Assembly: GCF_002113885.1 (NCBI RefSeq)
Contig: NW_018479978.1
Span: 1-64,000 of the forward strand
Length of the DNA stretch: 64,000 nt
Source: Mizuhopecten yessoensis
Taxonomy: Eukaryota
Direction: 5' to 3'
This document shows, piece after piece, positions 12,392 through 26,888 of the stretch. The notes beneath the pieces are model-generated. The model searched no databases, was not told the DNA's origin, and worked only from the letters and a program-made list of their open reading frames with translations. The position numbers were made by a program, and so were the translations under genes. How positions within the stretch are numbered: the first letter of the stretch is position 1; each line of letters opens with the position of its first letter.

Positions 12392-15300
12392 CTATTCAGT
12401 TTTTAACTTTTTCCGACGGCCTTGTGATAGTTCACCTTCTGCAGAGCTTTCCGACTCTGATCCACCATCAAATGTCAGTGCACTATTTTTCGAACTAACT
12501 GTGCCCGATTGGGCAAATTGTCCTGTACTCCTAGCTTTGTCCAATCCCCGAACTGAAACACACAAATCATATCAATGTAAGTATACAATGAAATTCATAG
12601 TCTGGACAGTTGTTCAGGTTTAAAATGAAAAATGAAATAAACCAATTTGTTTTATAGCAAATAAAATGCAGAGATGAAAGTCAATGTTACTTAAATACAA
12701 TACACTGCACATTTTCAGTGCGGGGTGCAAATTTCGTTAAAATATCGTCAACAGTTTCAACAATTTACAACCTGAAAAGTCTCGTTGACTTAAAAGTGTA
12801 GGTCAAGGTGACTTAATTTGGTTACAGGTATTGACCCTACTTACAGTGCATTGCATACACTTTGAAGACGATGCAGACACATTTCAAGTTTCATCAAGAT
12901 ATGTTAGTGGTTTAAAACTTACAGCATGGACTTTCATTAAAAACTTTGCATTCATTTGACCGGTGCCCTATTGCAACACACTGTCTGGTCATGATGAATA
13001 AACAAAATTAAATGGAATTTCTGTAGGATCTCCTATAGCTATATATATTAATCATATGGCAGAATCTACTGATATGTTCACTTGTCCTTCATTCTTATGA
13101 AAAGTATCATTAGTCTATCACAATCACAAAATACATAATTACAGTATTCAATGGGAGACCATCAGATATCTGTATATATTAACATTTAAGTTTCAGAAGG
13201 TGAGATTGCAGTATAATTACCACATCATTCAATTGAGAAATATGTATGCTTATCAACAGTTGCACAGCCTTCTCATGTTCACTTAAGCATTAACATTACA
13301 AGAATAAATTTAAGAAATACATCACATTTTTATAATAAGATTATATATAAAGCTTACTTTGTTGTTCTAGAATTGAGTTTTGTTTCTTTAAATCATCAAT
13401 ATCTTCTTGGTGGCCATGATTTTTCTTCCTCATAAATTGAATATAGTCTGCAGCCTTCTTCAGGATCTGGGCTCGAGATACCTACAAGGTCAAAAAATAG
13501 TGCATCATTCTATAAAACCAAACCTGAAATAGCATTTCTTACTGACAAAAATATTATTTAGATTTTACGATTCCAGTATTATGAGCAAGCTCTAGTTATA
13601 CACAATAATGTACATGTTACCTGTCTTTCACCAGATACAGTTATACTTTTTATCAATTCTAAATAAGCACTTGCATTACATATGCATAATTTTCTCAAAA
13701 TTTGTGTCTATATACATAATATGAAAGACAATCAGATTGCAGTAATTTTTCAAATATTCAAGTTTATACTTATAGTTTCATTCTGAAAATAACAAGAGGC
13801 CAATGGGCCTTAACTGTCTGTCATCTAAGTTGTACTATAGTTATTCTTTTACAAAAAACATTCAGATTCATTATATTACTAAATGAAAAATAAGAGTAGC
13901 AACCTTTTTTCTATACATAGCAGTAGAGCAGTCTGGACACTAAGTGGGCTGGCTACATGAACACTTATGGTGAGGCCCGAGGGGCAGGCTTTTTTTGTTT
14001 TTTGTTTTTTTTACAATACTCATATACATGTAGTGCTTCACATATGAAAGATATCCAAAACCATTGTTTCCTTGTACACTAGTACTATCTGACGACCTTA
14101 AAAATATCACTTTGTGACATATGTCAGGATTTGGGATGAGTTTTGCTAAAATTTACTTAAAATTTTCCAATTGGCTTTAAACTGAAAACTACATGTACAT
14201 GTATGTCAGGATATCCTCAGAATACATTAATGCATATGGTAGAATAACCCTCTGTTTCTAATGTACATATGATCAATGGCCCCTGCTCTCCTGCTTTGTG
14301 AAGATGAAAGTTGCTACAATTACAAATGAGAGAAATAAAAAACCATCAGAACTAAAAGTACATTTACTTTCTCTCCTTGCAGGGCTGGCACTGAGTCTCG
14401 TAGGCTATGAAAACTCTCTTTTATGTGGTCACGTCTTTTCCTTTCTAAGGCATTATGGTGGGCACGCTTCTCAGACTATAATAAAAAAATATATATATAA
14501 TAATAAAATAAATAACAATTAATAAATAATGCACACAACTTCAATGCAAAAGTTCAAATTACTAATGAAAAATATTAAATGCAACTTGAGCAAATGAAGA
14601 TCTAGCAGCAAAAACAGGTGCCATTATTATTTTGTATATAATGTAATTTGCCCATTTACCACTCAAGGAAATTCCCAATTTACATGGACTATGGAGCCAG
14701 TTTAAAAATTAAAACAAAAGTTTTGTAAACAACATTTAAATGGTAAATTGCAATAAGTTACCACAAACGACAATGCACATTCACACTTCAACGAACATAT
14801 ATGTTTATCTACGTACATATTTATGTATGGTACCTGGGGGAAAAAAAGAACTGATAAATTGTGAATACCTCAAAACTTTATCTCCATATATACTTATGCA
14901 TTAAAGGTCATATAAATATATACATATATATAACATATGTGGTTATTGTCAGTTTTATTATTATATTTTTTTTCCATGAATTTCAATTCAGCAGCTTTTT
15001 AGTTCAGTTTTTGTTATGAAGCAGTAATCAATGTTGTAGAACAAAGCACAGTATGGTAAGTAATCTCCAGGCTCCAGCCAAACTTCCGCATTAGATAATA
15101 TGAACAAAGGGCCACAACTCTGTATACAGAGGGGAACAAGACCAAAATTCAATATGCACCACTCTGCCTTCCTAAGAGTTTCTCATCAGCACGCAAAACA
15201 TGACAATTAGAGGTGACAAACAAATAGTCTGTGAGAAGGGAAACATCTACACTGTTATTCTAATGGCAGTAGATCAACATACTGAGGTCATCGTTGCTTT

Positions 15301-17455
15301 TCAAGAATACATATTTCTAATACATGATTGAATTGAAGTTTCGCAAAGTCCTGATTGCATTATCTTCTTAACCCTGACAAAAATGTTGTCATCTTAAGTC
15401 ATATCGGACAATAATTGCTGACCAGCTGGTCACAAGCAGAATGATTTTTGTTCTCTCTATTTTGGCTGTTGCAATTGCATGGCTGTCATCACTTATTCTT
15501 TCGCTGTATCTTTCGCTGTAAAATACATCGTTGTAAGCTTTTTAGCTTTTGGAGATGTCTTGATTCTATTTCCTTTACTTATATATAGTGTCCAACCGGT
15601 TGCGCATAAATGATAAAAGTCCGTTATTTAGTATTACACATTGATGTTTTGTGGCAGTATATCAGTCTTGTTGCTCACACATTATACTTGACAAAAACAG
15701 TTCTCTCTATATATAAAACCTACGTCTATTTACACACGTACCGTTAAAAATTTGCACTTGTTGATTTGGTGTCGAATGACCTGTAAAGTTCAACTAATTT
15801 AGACACATGTGATGTACAAGGTACTAATTGTAAAAAGAGGCCCAGAATTTGGACCTGTTGGTTATGCTATGGTTGTTCAGTAATGTTTTGAAGCTGTTTA
15901 GGGTCATTGCTGTAGCAATCACTTCCGGTAGACTGTTCCAAATTGTTATTGTTCTATTGCTGAAGACATTTTTGTTTACTTCAAGGCGAAACGGTTTTTT
16001 GAACAGCTTTTATGGATGTCCCCTGGGTCCCATATTTGATGCCGGTTTAAACATGTGTTTGTGGTATACATGGTTGATGTTATTTAAGATCTTATAGATT
16101 TCGACTAGGTCGGCTCTTTCCCTTCTATACTAGAGTGTAGGCAGTCCCAGTTTTCGCAGCATTTCCTCATATGGTAGATTTGATAGATTTTTTATCCGTT
16201 TTGTAGCCCTTCTTTGAACATTTTCGATGGAGATTTTGTCTTTGATAAGGATTGGGGACCATATAGGTGTTCCGTACTCTAAATGTGGTCTGACGAGTGA
16301 TTTATACAATAGAGTAAACATAACTGGTTTATAAAAGCATTAAAGTCATTTTGGTCTCTGTGGAGTATATATATAGATCGATAGATTTACATTGCTTGAG
16401 TTACTTCCCCTTATGCACACAAACCTCCTTTGATGTCAAGGATTTGGCAAATGCTTCATGAACAACTTAAAATTGCATAGCTCAAGAAAATGTGAAGATT
16501 TGCTGTTATTCATGTTCAATTATTACATTGGATTCGCTTATGCTTTGTTAGTTATATATTTCTCAGTGGTCGAGGGAATGGGGAGATAGTTAATCTTTAT
16601 TTTATAAATAAATAAGTTCTTCCAACTTAGCGTCTTTGACTTCATCCCAAAATCTTGAGGTTGGAAATACACACATGCATAACACACTCTAAAATTCATA
16701 ACAGGTCCATCATAACTTGTAGTATATTATATGGCTTTGCCAACTCAGGAGGATACTATAATGTAACCATATATTATATTATACATTGGTGAAAGCATTT
16801 GAAAAGAAAGCAGGTGATATAGAAAACACACTGAACATCGGGCATATTTATGGAAACATATTGGTAAATAAAATGTTCCCAGAATATGTCAACAACCAAC
16901 AGGTGCCCTGCTGTAACAATAAATATAGTATGTGTCAGATTCCAACAGTATCTCCTATCTAGCTATAAGATCATTGCAAACTAGCTGAATTATACATTTT
17001 TAACGACCTAATAAAAAAAACATTAACAAATTACATTACTAATGACGTGTACAGTAATCAAAACTTGACCGATTTATACATGCTTCTGCACATGCGCTAA
17101 AAACGGGATAAGGAATGTGGTAAAATCCTACTATTTATATCATCTGATCTCATTTCAGGCTGTCTAATTAATATCTGGAAAAAAACAAATAAGGCAACAA
17201 AGCTTATACCTGTGACATAAACTCTGTGCCAGCAAGCCCGGAACCAAACGATGTCCCCAATTCATCGTCGTCCTCCTGTGAAAGCAATGAAGTGTAAAAA
17301 TCACGAACTTATTAACCTTCAGCTGACGAATGTTGCAGAATTTATACCTACCCAAACTGAAATAATTATATTACATTAAATATTATGAAATATTCAGGAT
17401 AATAATGTAATCATACATCACTCTCTATATCCACATCTCTTTCCTCATCGCTCAT
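12392..17455 (-). CDS. MAX: MYC-associated factor X (bHLH-LZ), 5 coding exons, 165 aa
   Basis: Minus-strand exons 17455-17417 ([13 protein letters not shown]), 17275-17210, 14475-14368 ([36 protein letters not shown]), 13481-13358 ([41 protein letters not shown]) and 12552-12392 (..[18 protein letters not shown]). All junctions are GT-AG and the total of 498 nt is in frame. The ORF track missed this gene because the exons are short. Confidence 0.97.
15850..16325 (-). mobile_element. CR1/L2-clade LINE ORF2 3' fragment in MAX intron
   Basis: Translates to [29 protein letters not shown], the typical region downstream of the RT domain, with stops. Confidence 0.85.
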
Positions 17456-17496
17456 TTTGATTTCCAACACCCATCCACCGCTCACTGACAGCTAGG

Positions 17497-17540
17497 AAGA
17501 TGGCGGAACCAAACAACGCCACGCGGTCTAAGCACGTGCT
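17497..17540 (-). promoter_or_regulatory. MAX proximal promoter/5'UTR motifs: YY1-type AAGATGGCGG, CACGCG and palindromic E-box AGCACGTGCT
   Basis: AAGATGGCGG at 17497-17506, CACGCG at 17520-17525 and CACGTG at 17533-17538, all 40-85 nt upstream of the MAX ATG in a locally CpG-rich patch. Confidence 0.55.
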
Positions 17541-17965
17541 GTGATATGTTTATTTGTTGACCCTAAGTAAAATCTCATTTAGTAATTTTAAAAATCTGTT
17601 GTATTTTTCGTATTTGTCTTTTTTATGTTTGTGCTCAATTCACATAATTAAAATTCAAAATATGTCTACAAAAAGTATGAAAATTTCAGTTCCTGGTTTT
17701 ACGACATCTAAACGACCACACTACACGAGTTATTTCCCTTTGAACACACCATTTCATCTAAAATTATGTATTTATCTTTAAAACAAGTTATGTTAGCTCA
17801 GTGATTATAAATAATTTCCTGATCAATCCAATGTTTATTGATGGTGCTGATATCACATCCACTGGGAGACTGTTCCATAATTTTACTTTTCGTAGAGAAA
17901 AGATGTTTTTCCTTATTTCAATATTTGAATGTTGTGTATGATGACATTCTTTGGAATGTCCCCCA

Positions 17966-18611
17966 TGGCAAGCCAAGTTGTCATTTATTCATGGAGCAAT
18001 GTTGATCCAGTACTTAACCAAATTATATAAGATATCTCATATATTATATAAGATATCTCATATAGATATCTCATATGTTATATAAGATATCTTATAGACA
18101 TATAAGATATCTTATAAACATATAAGATATCTTATAGACATATAAGATATCTTATAAACGTATAAGATATCTTATTTTAAGTTTATGAGATATCTTATAT
18201 CTTTTATAAGATATCTCATATGATATATAAGATATCTTATAAAAGATATAAGATATCTCATATTTTTTTCTTTATAAGATATATTATATATTAAATAAGA
18301 TATCTTATATAATATATAAGATAGCTTATATCTTTTATAAGATATCTCAATTAATTTTCTTTATAAGATATCTTATGTATTATATAATATATCTCATAAA
18401 AGATATAAGATATCTTATATAATATATAAGATATCTTATAAAGAAATGTATGTAAGATATCTCATTTATTAAATAAGATATCTTATAAAGTATATAAGAT
18501 ATCTCATAAAGTATATAAAATATCTTATATAATTAAATAAGATATCTTATATAATATGGTTAAGTTCTGGATCAACATTGCTCCATGAATAAATGACAAC
18601 TTGGCTTGCCA
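17966..18611. mobile_element. MITE with about 65-bp TIRs enclosing an ATAAGATATCTTAT palindromic satellite
   Basis: GGCAAGCCAAGTTGTCATTTATTCATGGAGCAATGTTGATCCAG at the left end is reverse-complemented at about 18567-18610. The interior 18030-18550 is made of repeated AGATATCT palindromes. Confidence 0.8.
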
Positions 18612-19619
18612 CCATGTTTTTCGGATTAGTCCTGCCACAGTTTAAGAGACGGTCAAAGCACAGAAATAACACCAGCATAACACTGCGGCACATCGTTCCT
18701 TGAACGCCATATAAGCATAAATATTTAAAAAAAACACTCACACACGTCTTATATGTGACATGTTGAATGATGACATGATGAAAGAAAAAGAATTCCCCCA
18801 TAATAATAATAATAATATTTATTCAGGTAAAAATAGGCATGTTATTACAAGATATCACAATTTAGAATAGAATATATAATTAAAATTACATTGCAGCTTG
18901 TAAATAAAAAAGAGCATTTTGTATTAAGACTGGGAATAGTAATAGATCTGACCTAGTAAAAGGTTTTTTAATTCAATCATTGACATATATCACAGAGTAT
19001 AAAAATCTAAAAAAAAGTCTGACTAATTCACTGTAAAAAAAGTCTGATATTACTATAAAATGAGACAAAATGAGACAGACTATTTTAGTAAATGAATGTA
19101 TTTATAAATAAATAGATCGCATAATAGGAGTGGTGGTGAATGCCATTTACCTAGGATTACCCATAAAAGCCACAAAGTAGGATCCTTTAAAAATGGAAGA
19201 AAATAATTTTAAAAAAATGAAGAAAATCAACCGGTAACGGTTCAGATAGCACAGAATAGGATATGTGTGTATCATATTGGATAATTAATCAGTAAAATTG
19301 TATTTCCTATATAGAAAACAATACATACTAATTATTTTATAGTGGCAGACAGCTTCTTATAGTAGCAAACTATAGAATATTTTTACATAGTTATTTTCAA
19401 AGATATCAAAATAAAACAACTATACTGACAGATCTTTGCATTACAGTTTCTAGGCATGAAAACTTGAAATTTTAAATCGTTGTGCAATGCCGCAAGTCAA
19501 GCTTTCCAAGGGTTCGGTCCCCCTATCAGCGAGGTCTGCTCGACCTGCGCCATTGCACAGGAATGAAAATGTAATACATGTGTGCTCAATAGTAGACAAA
19601 GAGATCATCCACTTCATTT

Positions 19620-20190
19620 TTTGCTTAAAGCATAAGGTGTTTTGTATAATTGGTTTTGAATTTATGTTTGTTTTTGATATTTTTGATATGATCCGGTAAA
19701 AAGTTCCAGTGGATGTTCTGTACCCTTGACGTTTTTAATAGCGAAATTTGAGTTTCCGGATCTAGTACCATATGTGTTGTTGTTTTTGGTGAAAAAATCA
19801 TGCATATACTGCGGGCATTTCTCATTAAAGATGTTAAATGCATGATTTAAACGAAGTTGACGAACTCTTCCCTCTACATTGAGCATACTATTTTTTGTAG
19901 TTCAGTACATGTAATTCTTGTCCTGTTGTTTAAGTTACGAATGAAACGGACCATTTTATTTTCAATTTAGGTTATTTGTAACTTTTTTTTATATAATTTA
20001 GAAAGATCCTCATACCAGGATGAACAGGCATAATCGAAATGACATTGTATGAGAGCTGAACATAGAGTTTTTCGTGATTTTTGGGATAGACAGTTACTAT
20101 TTCTGTAAAGGAATTTTAGTCTTTGATTGATTTTTTGTATGACATTGGAAACAATTTCTTCTCCAGATAAAAATGAAACGTAAGAGTTGA
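19620..20190 (-). mobile_element. LINE ORF2 C-terminal fragment
   Basis: KINQRLKFLYRNS..TLCSALIQCHFDYACSSWY..KKLQI, interrupted by frameshifts. Confidence 0.8.
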
Positions 20191-21279
20191 ACTCACCTGT
20201 GTGCAACCGAGTGTATGCACTCTGTATACAATGCTACAAATTCGTCATATAAATAGCCATGTTTATATAAAACATGACTAATTATATATAATGTACATAA
20301 GTTCATCTTTACTTCAACAGTATGTACATATCCGCGGACCAAATATACCCCCCTTCTTCAAGTTTTAATGCATTTTTATCTTTTCTGAAAACGTTGCCGC
20401 GCCTTTCTCATATGGGCAATACTTATTCGGATCCATGTTAATATCGGTTAATTAGTGTTATATGATTAAGAACTTGTTCTAGACTCGATTATAACAGGAA
20501 CAAGTACAGAAATCCCACCAGTCAGACGACAGCCATGCAGTCAATCAATTAATCAATCATATGATAGCAGTGTCGTACGTCAAACCACAAATGACATGAT
20601 CGATCATTTCCGGTACAGATTACGTTGGTGTGGTTTTAAATTCAGTAGTCGGCTATAGCTATAATTCCATAACAATCCCCTCTTCATAAACTGAGATGTA
20701 AGAGCAAAGACTAAGATAATCTAATTCCGTGGTAAAAGTGACCGAGTGGAGGATGAAATTTGCCAAATTTTCGAGTTAATTCGCTCGTTCATAAAGTATC
20801 AAGACATAAGAATAAAACAATCACATACCACAAAATACAAAATTTATAGATAAAACCTGCTGTCCCGGAAGGGTAAACGTCTTCCAAGCTGTTGTTGTTT
20901 AACGTCGATAGGAAGCTTGAGCTTGTGGAGACGTCTAAATATCCTCTTCTGACTTGATACGTTGAGCTAGCAGAATAGCCTGCCAGCAACGGACTTAAAG
21001 GGATTAAAACTATTTACACTGTATCAAGCTTTTGCACTATATTTTATTGTAAATACTTGTTGATTATATTTATTTATGTATGATTTAAAATAGATATGTA
21101 TATACCCTTATTTATACTATAAGGAGTAACTATAAAATGGTAATGGAAATATGTATATTACTCATTTCTTTTCATGTAATGTTAGAGATTCCCATGTGAT
21201 TCATTACTGATAAAAGGAAGGGCAGAACTTCCTGGGGTGATTCCTCCACAGTGTGTTTAGGTTGGACTTTAACTCACTA

Positions 21280-21830
21280 GGTGTTTTTGATGACACAGTT
21301 TCCTCAAGTAGCTTGTTCCAGACCTTGATCACTCGGTTACCAAAGTTAAGACATTCTTACAAGTGTTTAGCCTGAAAGGTTTCTGATGGTTTTTTTTAGA
21401 GTGACCTCTAGTGATACTGAGTGGTGTAGGCCGAAACATCAGTCCGTAGTCTTACTGGTCGATCCCGTTCAATATTTTGTACAGCTCAATCACATCTGCC
21501 CTCAAGTTGAATTCCTGTATTCCAGAGATGATAGACCTAATGTTCTTAGGCGTTCATGGTAGGACATATTATGTATTTCTAGTACTCTTCGTTGGACATT
21601 TTCGATAGCTATTTTGTCCTTGTTTAGAGACGGTGACCACACTTGCGTAGCGTATTCCAGATGTGGACGCATTAGGCATATGGACTAATTGTACAAGGTT
21701 GTAAAAAGAGCTATGTCCATAAAAATGAAACTTCTAAACAGTATACCTAACATCTGGTTAGCTTTCGACACTGCTGCATTGACTTGGGTTCAGAATTTTA
21801 GGGTGGTTGTCAAAGTGAACTCAAAGGTCC
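21280..21830 (-). mobile_element. CR1-like LINE fragment
   Basis: The reverse strand reads ..RPHLEYATQVWSPSLNKDKIAIENVQRR.., degenerate. Confidence 0.75.
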
Positions 21831-22849
21831 TAAATTGCTGTGGCTACTTTCTCTATTTCAGTTGTTTGTCCATCTTGCGTCAAAATAGTGTTTTACTCCG
21901 AAAAGATAAGCAGTGATAACCAGAGAGGTATAATGTATTATACGTCTCTGTTATAACGGACTATTTACTATGACGTTAAAACATATTCTCAAATCATGTA
22001 ACATGTATTCCTGTTTGCTTTTAGTACTTCTGTGTATGACTTTTGTGTAAATTTAATTAAATATTATATGTAGGCGTATCATATAGTTTAACCTTAGAAA
22101 CATGGGTGAATTTGTTACTTTCATGTGTATCAAGAATTCCTGTTCCAATCCAAAATCTTCGAACTGTTTACCTTAGACGAAATGAGAATCGTGTTTGCTT
22201 CCTTTTGTTTAAACATGTACTTACTACATGAATACTATACTCCATTCTGCTTCAATGCTTTTAGTTAGTCATTATGCTTGTAAGTGCTATTTGTTTTGCT
22301 TCGCTTTTATTTTGTATAAATTGTATGTGCTGCTTATAATTCATCGTTTTATTTCTTGTAATTTCAATTCAAATCTGGTTTGTATGTTTTCTATGCAATC
22401 TGTGCTATTTATATATGTTTGTATTTATTTATACGTGCTGTTATTATGTAATTTGTCGAAGGCATTGTGTGATAAGTGTGGCTTTCCAAAATGTTTTAAG
22501 TTATCTAGGAATTTATAATTAAACATGATCATCAAGGATGTTTTGACTGTTTGGCAATTTTTTTTAACCTGAATGTATGTGCAAAAAGTTATTCTCTTGA
22601 AATTTTCATTTTGGAACCACCTAAGTTTTTTTCATGTTTATCAATGTGTGTTTTTAACAGTGTCATAGATTTGCATGCTTGTTATGATTTATATAATGCT
22701 ACCTCCGTTTTTATTTGTTATATAGTCGGTTGTAAAAGCCTTCCATAGGCTTGTGTTGCCTTGTTTAACCATGTACCGACTTTTCAATAAAAATTACTTG
22801 AACTTGAAAAGAAACTATAACAAGCTCCCCTCCATATGTCCGAATCTAT

Positions 22850-22997
22850 TACCCGACCGATTTTATAGGCTATACTAAACAGGGTCACAGCTGCGCTTGG
22901 AAGCTGGAGTAATGTTATCGAAGCTTTATCTAGACATTGATCAGAAGTCCAGACGCCTTTAGCAGTGCCTGGACACATCAGCAATTTGCTTCATCGT
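22850..22997 (+). other. Candidate non-coding 5' exon of FUT8
   Basis: Strong donor GTAAGT at 22998 after a GC-richer patch. The FUT8 ATG exon begins at an acceptor (CAG 28801-28803), so an upstream UTR exon is required. The start coordinate is approximate. Confidence 0.3.
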
Positions 22998-25900
22998 GTA
23001 AGTATGTGTTTTAGTCATCTGTTTAATTTTGAAATAATGAAATTATCAAATGTCATGTTCCTATAGATAGTTTATACATAAATAACATAAAGATAGAATG
23101 AATAACAGTCTTCTTACAGAATGTGTTACATGTATGTCAGTTTTATGACTATGAGCCGGTGTCGAAAACCAGGCATACTGGCTAATAATCATAATATTTA
23201 TTCATGTAAAAGGCAAATAATACACGTATATCACATTTTGCTGATTGGACATAAATATATATATATTATCACAGATGTTATTTATAAGTTATTATGTCAT
23301 AAAACTAGTAGTCAGTCATATGTTAAAACTGGATTGGATTAGATTAATTTAGGCCTTTACCTGGGATGACCCATACAGTCACATTGTTGCTTAATTCCAA
23401 TGGGGTCCCTTAATTAGTCGGCTCAATAGTGATCATGAGAGTTGACTCCGTATTTATTTATCACTTCCTTTTTTTCACTTTTACTCCATCCAGTTAAAAA
23501 AGACACGACCGGGTATATTATCGAGACTTATATTGTGCAATATTTCTGTATTTTCTAAACTAGCCTAACAAATGAGATAATAATACTTATAGTTAGAACG
23601 ATGGAATAATAATCATGTTGAATAGGCTTGACAATGATAACAATCTGATTCCTGGGTATTGAAAGTTATTCACAGTATTCACAGTATCTTCAAGCTTGTG
23701 AGCTTGTTTCAATGCCTAACATTTTTTTCATACACTGTATAATTAATTTGCTTATGAACACTTATGTCTATAAAAAAAAATTGATAAAATTAATCAGTAA
23801 AAAAAAAAGATTGTTAATGAAATAATATAGTTGAAAAAGGTTCAAACATTGGTTAACTTGCCATATGTTGCAGCAGATGACATTTTGTTTAAGATTGATT
23901 GCATAAATGTAAACAGTCATTGCATTACATTGAACCGTCAGTATTGACTTTTTAAAAACTTCACATGTTCTATAAATTATTTGACACTTAATTTGGTCCT
24001 TATGTGTGATAATTTATGCTTAAGATATACAGAACAAGCTGTGCAGCTGTCAATATTAGCAATTTTATATATAAATTGATCCATATTAAATATTGTTAAA
24101 AGTGGTCACCGTAATGAGTGCCCAGTGAGGTTTTGCTTGCCCATTAGATTAAAGGATTTTTTTCATGTTATTTCTTCTTATTCAAAAGCAAAGTTTCAGT
24201 TCTATTGCATGTGTAGAAAACTTTGCATTTTACAGATTAAATTACACCTGTTTTATTAGTAGAGGAATAGTGCTGAGTGAGTGCCTAGCATGGTTTTGGT
24301 GCGCCCTGGCAGCAATTTGTTAAAGAGTTTTATTTTAACTTTTTTTTGTTATGTTTAATTCAGCAATACCATTAACTAATCAAATGCATAATTTTAAGTA
24401 TATTGTACGAGTGCAAAGTGTTGCAGTGCATCAATCTAATTATGGAGGCTTTTGTACTCAATGCAGTGCAAGGAAATTAACTTGAATAGAAATACCTGTA
24501 GAACTGTATCAAAGTTCTGCTAAATTTGTACATGTCAAACGTATAATACACACACAATTCCAAACTGTTGAATCTTATAGAAGATATCACTAGAATTCTT
24601 AGCAATTAGACACAGCACAGAGGTTCTGAAGTTCTACACAGAGGTTGTATTATCATTTCTATTTATAAGTGGTAATAAACTGTTTGAATATATGACTGTG
24701 TTATTCAACAATATAATAAAAATCAATATACTGTTATGTTGTACAAAGGTCGGGGGAAAGTAAAAGATAACCTCATAGTTATAGAGGCATCACCCTACTG
24801 CAAGCTGTGGTTAAATTATTTGAAATGGCTACATCAAATAGAATCAGCCCAGCCATACATTCAGATACTTTTCCAAACAGAAAGAAGCCATCATATCTAG
24901 AGAAATCTTTGTAGCCTATGTACATCTTTTAACTAACAAGAATGTTGTTAATTTTGATGGAGAAAATGGCTCAAATGTTTATATTGCATTTTTAGATAGC
25001 AATAAGGCATTTAACTCTGTGAGTCACGCAGATCTTCTTTTCAAAAAACATGAAATTAGACTGAGAGGCAATACAAGGGTTATTCTTAAAGAAAGGTACA
25101 CACATGAAGAAAGTTATCTCTTATTTAATGGTTTAATATCACAAAATATTGAGATGGAGAGCGGAAATTTACAGGATGTTGTGAAAATGACTCAAAACGT
25201 ACATAATTTCTATCATTGAATGAAATAGAAACATGGTGCAGTGATTATTGATGTAAAAGTAAACATCTCAACTCAGGCGATTGATAAATGTCACATTGGT
25301 ACAAAGTCTCAAAGTCTTCATAAAATGGTTGATATATATGTGAAAACAACAGTAAAAAGTGGAGATTCACTTTCTCATCTACCAAAAATAAAATTGTTTT
25401 GTTTTCAGATAAACACACTTTACATGATAATTGATATACCAAATATGTACCTTTCCAAATGCACGAAATTTAATATGTGGAAATATTATCAAATAGCAGA
25501 AGAAAATTAACTGAAAGAATTACTAGAGCATTTAATAAGTTTAAGTCTGGTGCTCTTGAGACAATGGAGATGCTCTACATGGCCATTTTGACGGCAATTT
25601 TGTCATAATTGGCTGCCTGCAACACTCCACTGTCTACTTATATTTAATTAAGTCCATTGCTCAACCCAATGTGCTATGTAAAAGTTATTGCTTCGCTCGG
25701 GTGTAATAAATCCCTTGTTACTCAAAAACCATGCAATAACCTTTACTTACCAAAATTGAGATTGATTTAATAAATAGCGGAGCAAGTGAAAAACTCGCTA
25801 GGCACTCATTCTTCTGCTTGAACATAATCTGCATAATTTAATAAACAAATTACAATATTTTCCAATTGAACAGAAATTTTGTTAATGGTTAGGTAATGGC

Positions 25901-26888
25901 ATTTACTGTATAAATCAGAAGAAATAAGTAAAAAAATAATTAACGAAGAGCTGGGCATCGGAAAACCAAGCTGAGCACACATTTTTCCACTGGGTACTCA
26001 TTAGGGGAACCCTGACAGAAGTGGTTATTTATTACTGTATACACATCATGCACATCTAAAGGTTCATTACCAGGTGTCTCATTTCTTTCCAAGTGTATAG
26101 AATCAATATTACATTTGTACATGAGAGCTGACACTGTATTTACTATCGTAATTTCCTGTAAATGTTATATTTTGTTCAATTCAACTTCATCCAGTTCAAA
26201 CAGACTTAACTAACAAATGAGGTAATGATACTACAATGTAATAAGAATGATGGAATATATAATTACCATTTTATAGCAGGCATGACAGTGATAACAAACT
26301 GATTTCTATGTTTCCAAAGTAATGAACACTTCTGTCTGTAAAAAACATTGATGAGTTTAAAAATACAGAAATAAATTGTTCCTATATATTCTGTTTTTGT
26401 AATAAAAAAAAAATATTGTAATAATACAGATAAAAACATTCAAACATTGGTTAACCTACAGTATGTTGCAGCAGATGACAGTTTATGTAAGATTGATTTC
26501 ATATATGTAAACATTTTTTGCAAAATTCATTGGACAGTCAGTATTGACTTGTGAAAACTTTACCGGGCCATACAATGATTTGACACTTAATTCGGTCCTT
26601 ATGTGTGATAATTTATGTTCAAGGTTTAAAAGACAAGCTGTGCAGCTTTCAATATTAGCTAATGAATCAATAACACTGTTGGAAGTGGTCACTGTTATGT
26701 GTGCCCAGCGAGGTTTCTGTCCACCCAGCGGGTTAAATGATTTTTAGCTCACCTGGTTCAAAGGTGATTAACTATAGTTAGTTAATTCATGGCATTTACT
26801 GTTTAAAGCAGAAGAAATAAATACAATGAATCATTTAATGAAGTGCTGGGCGTGGAAAACAAAGCTGAGCACTCATTAGGAGGTCCGT

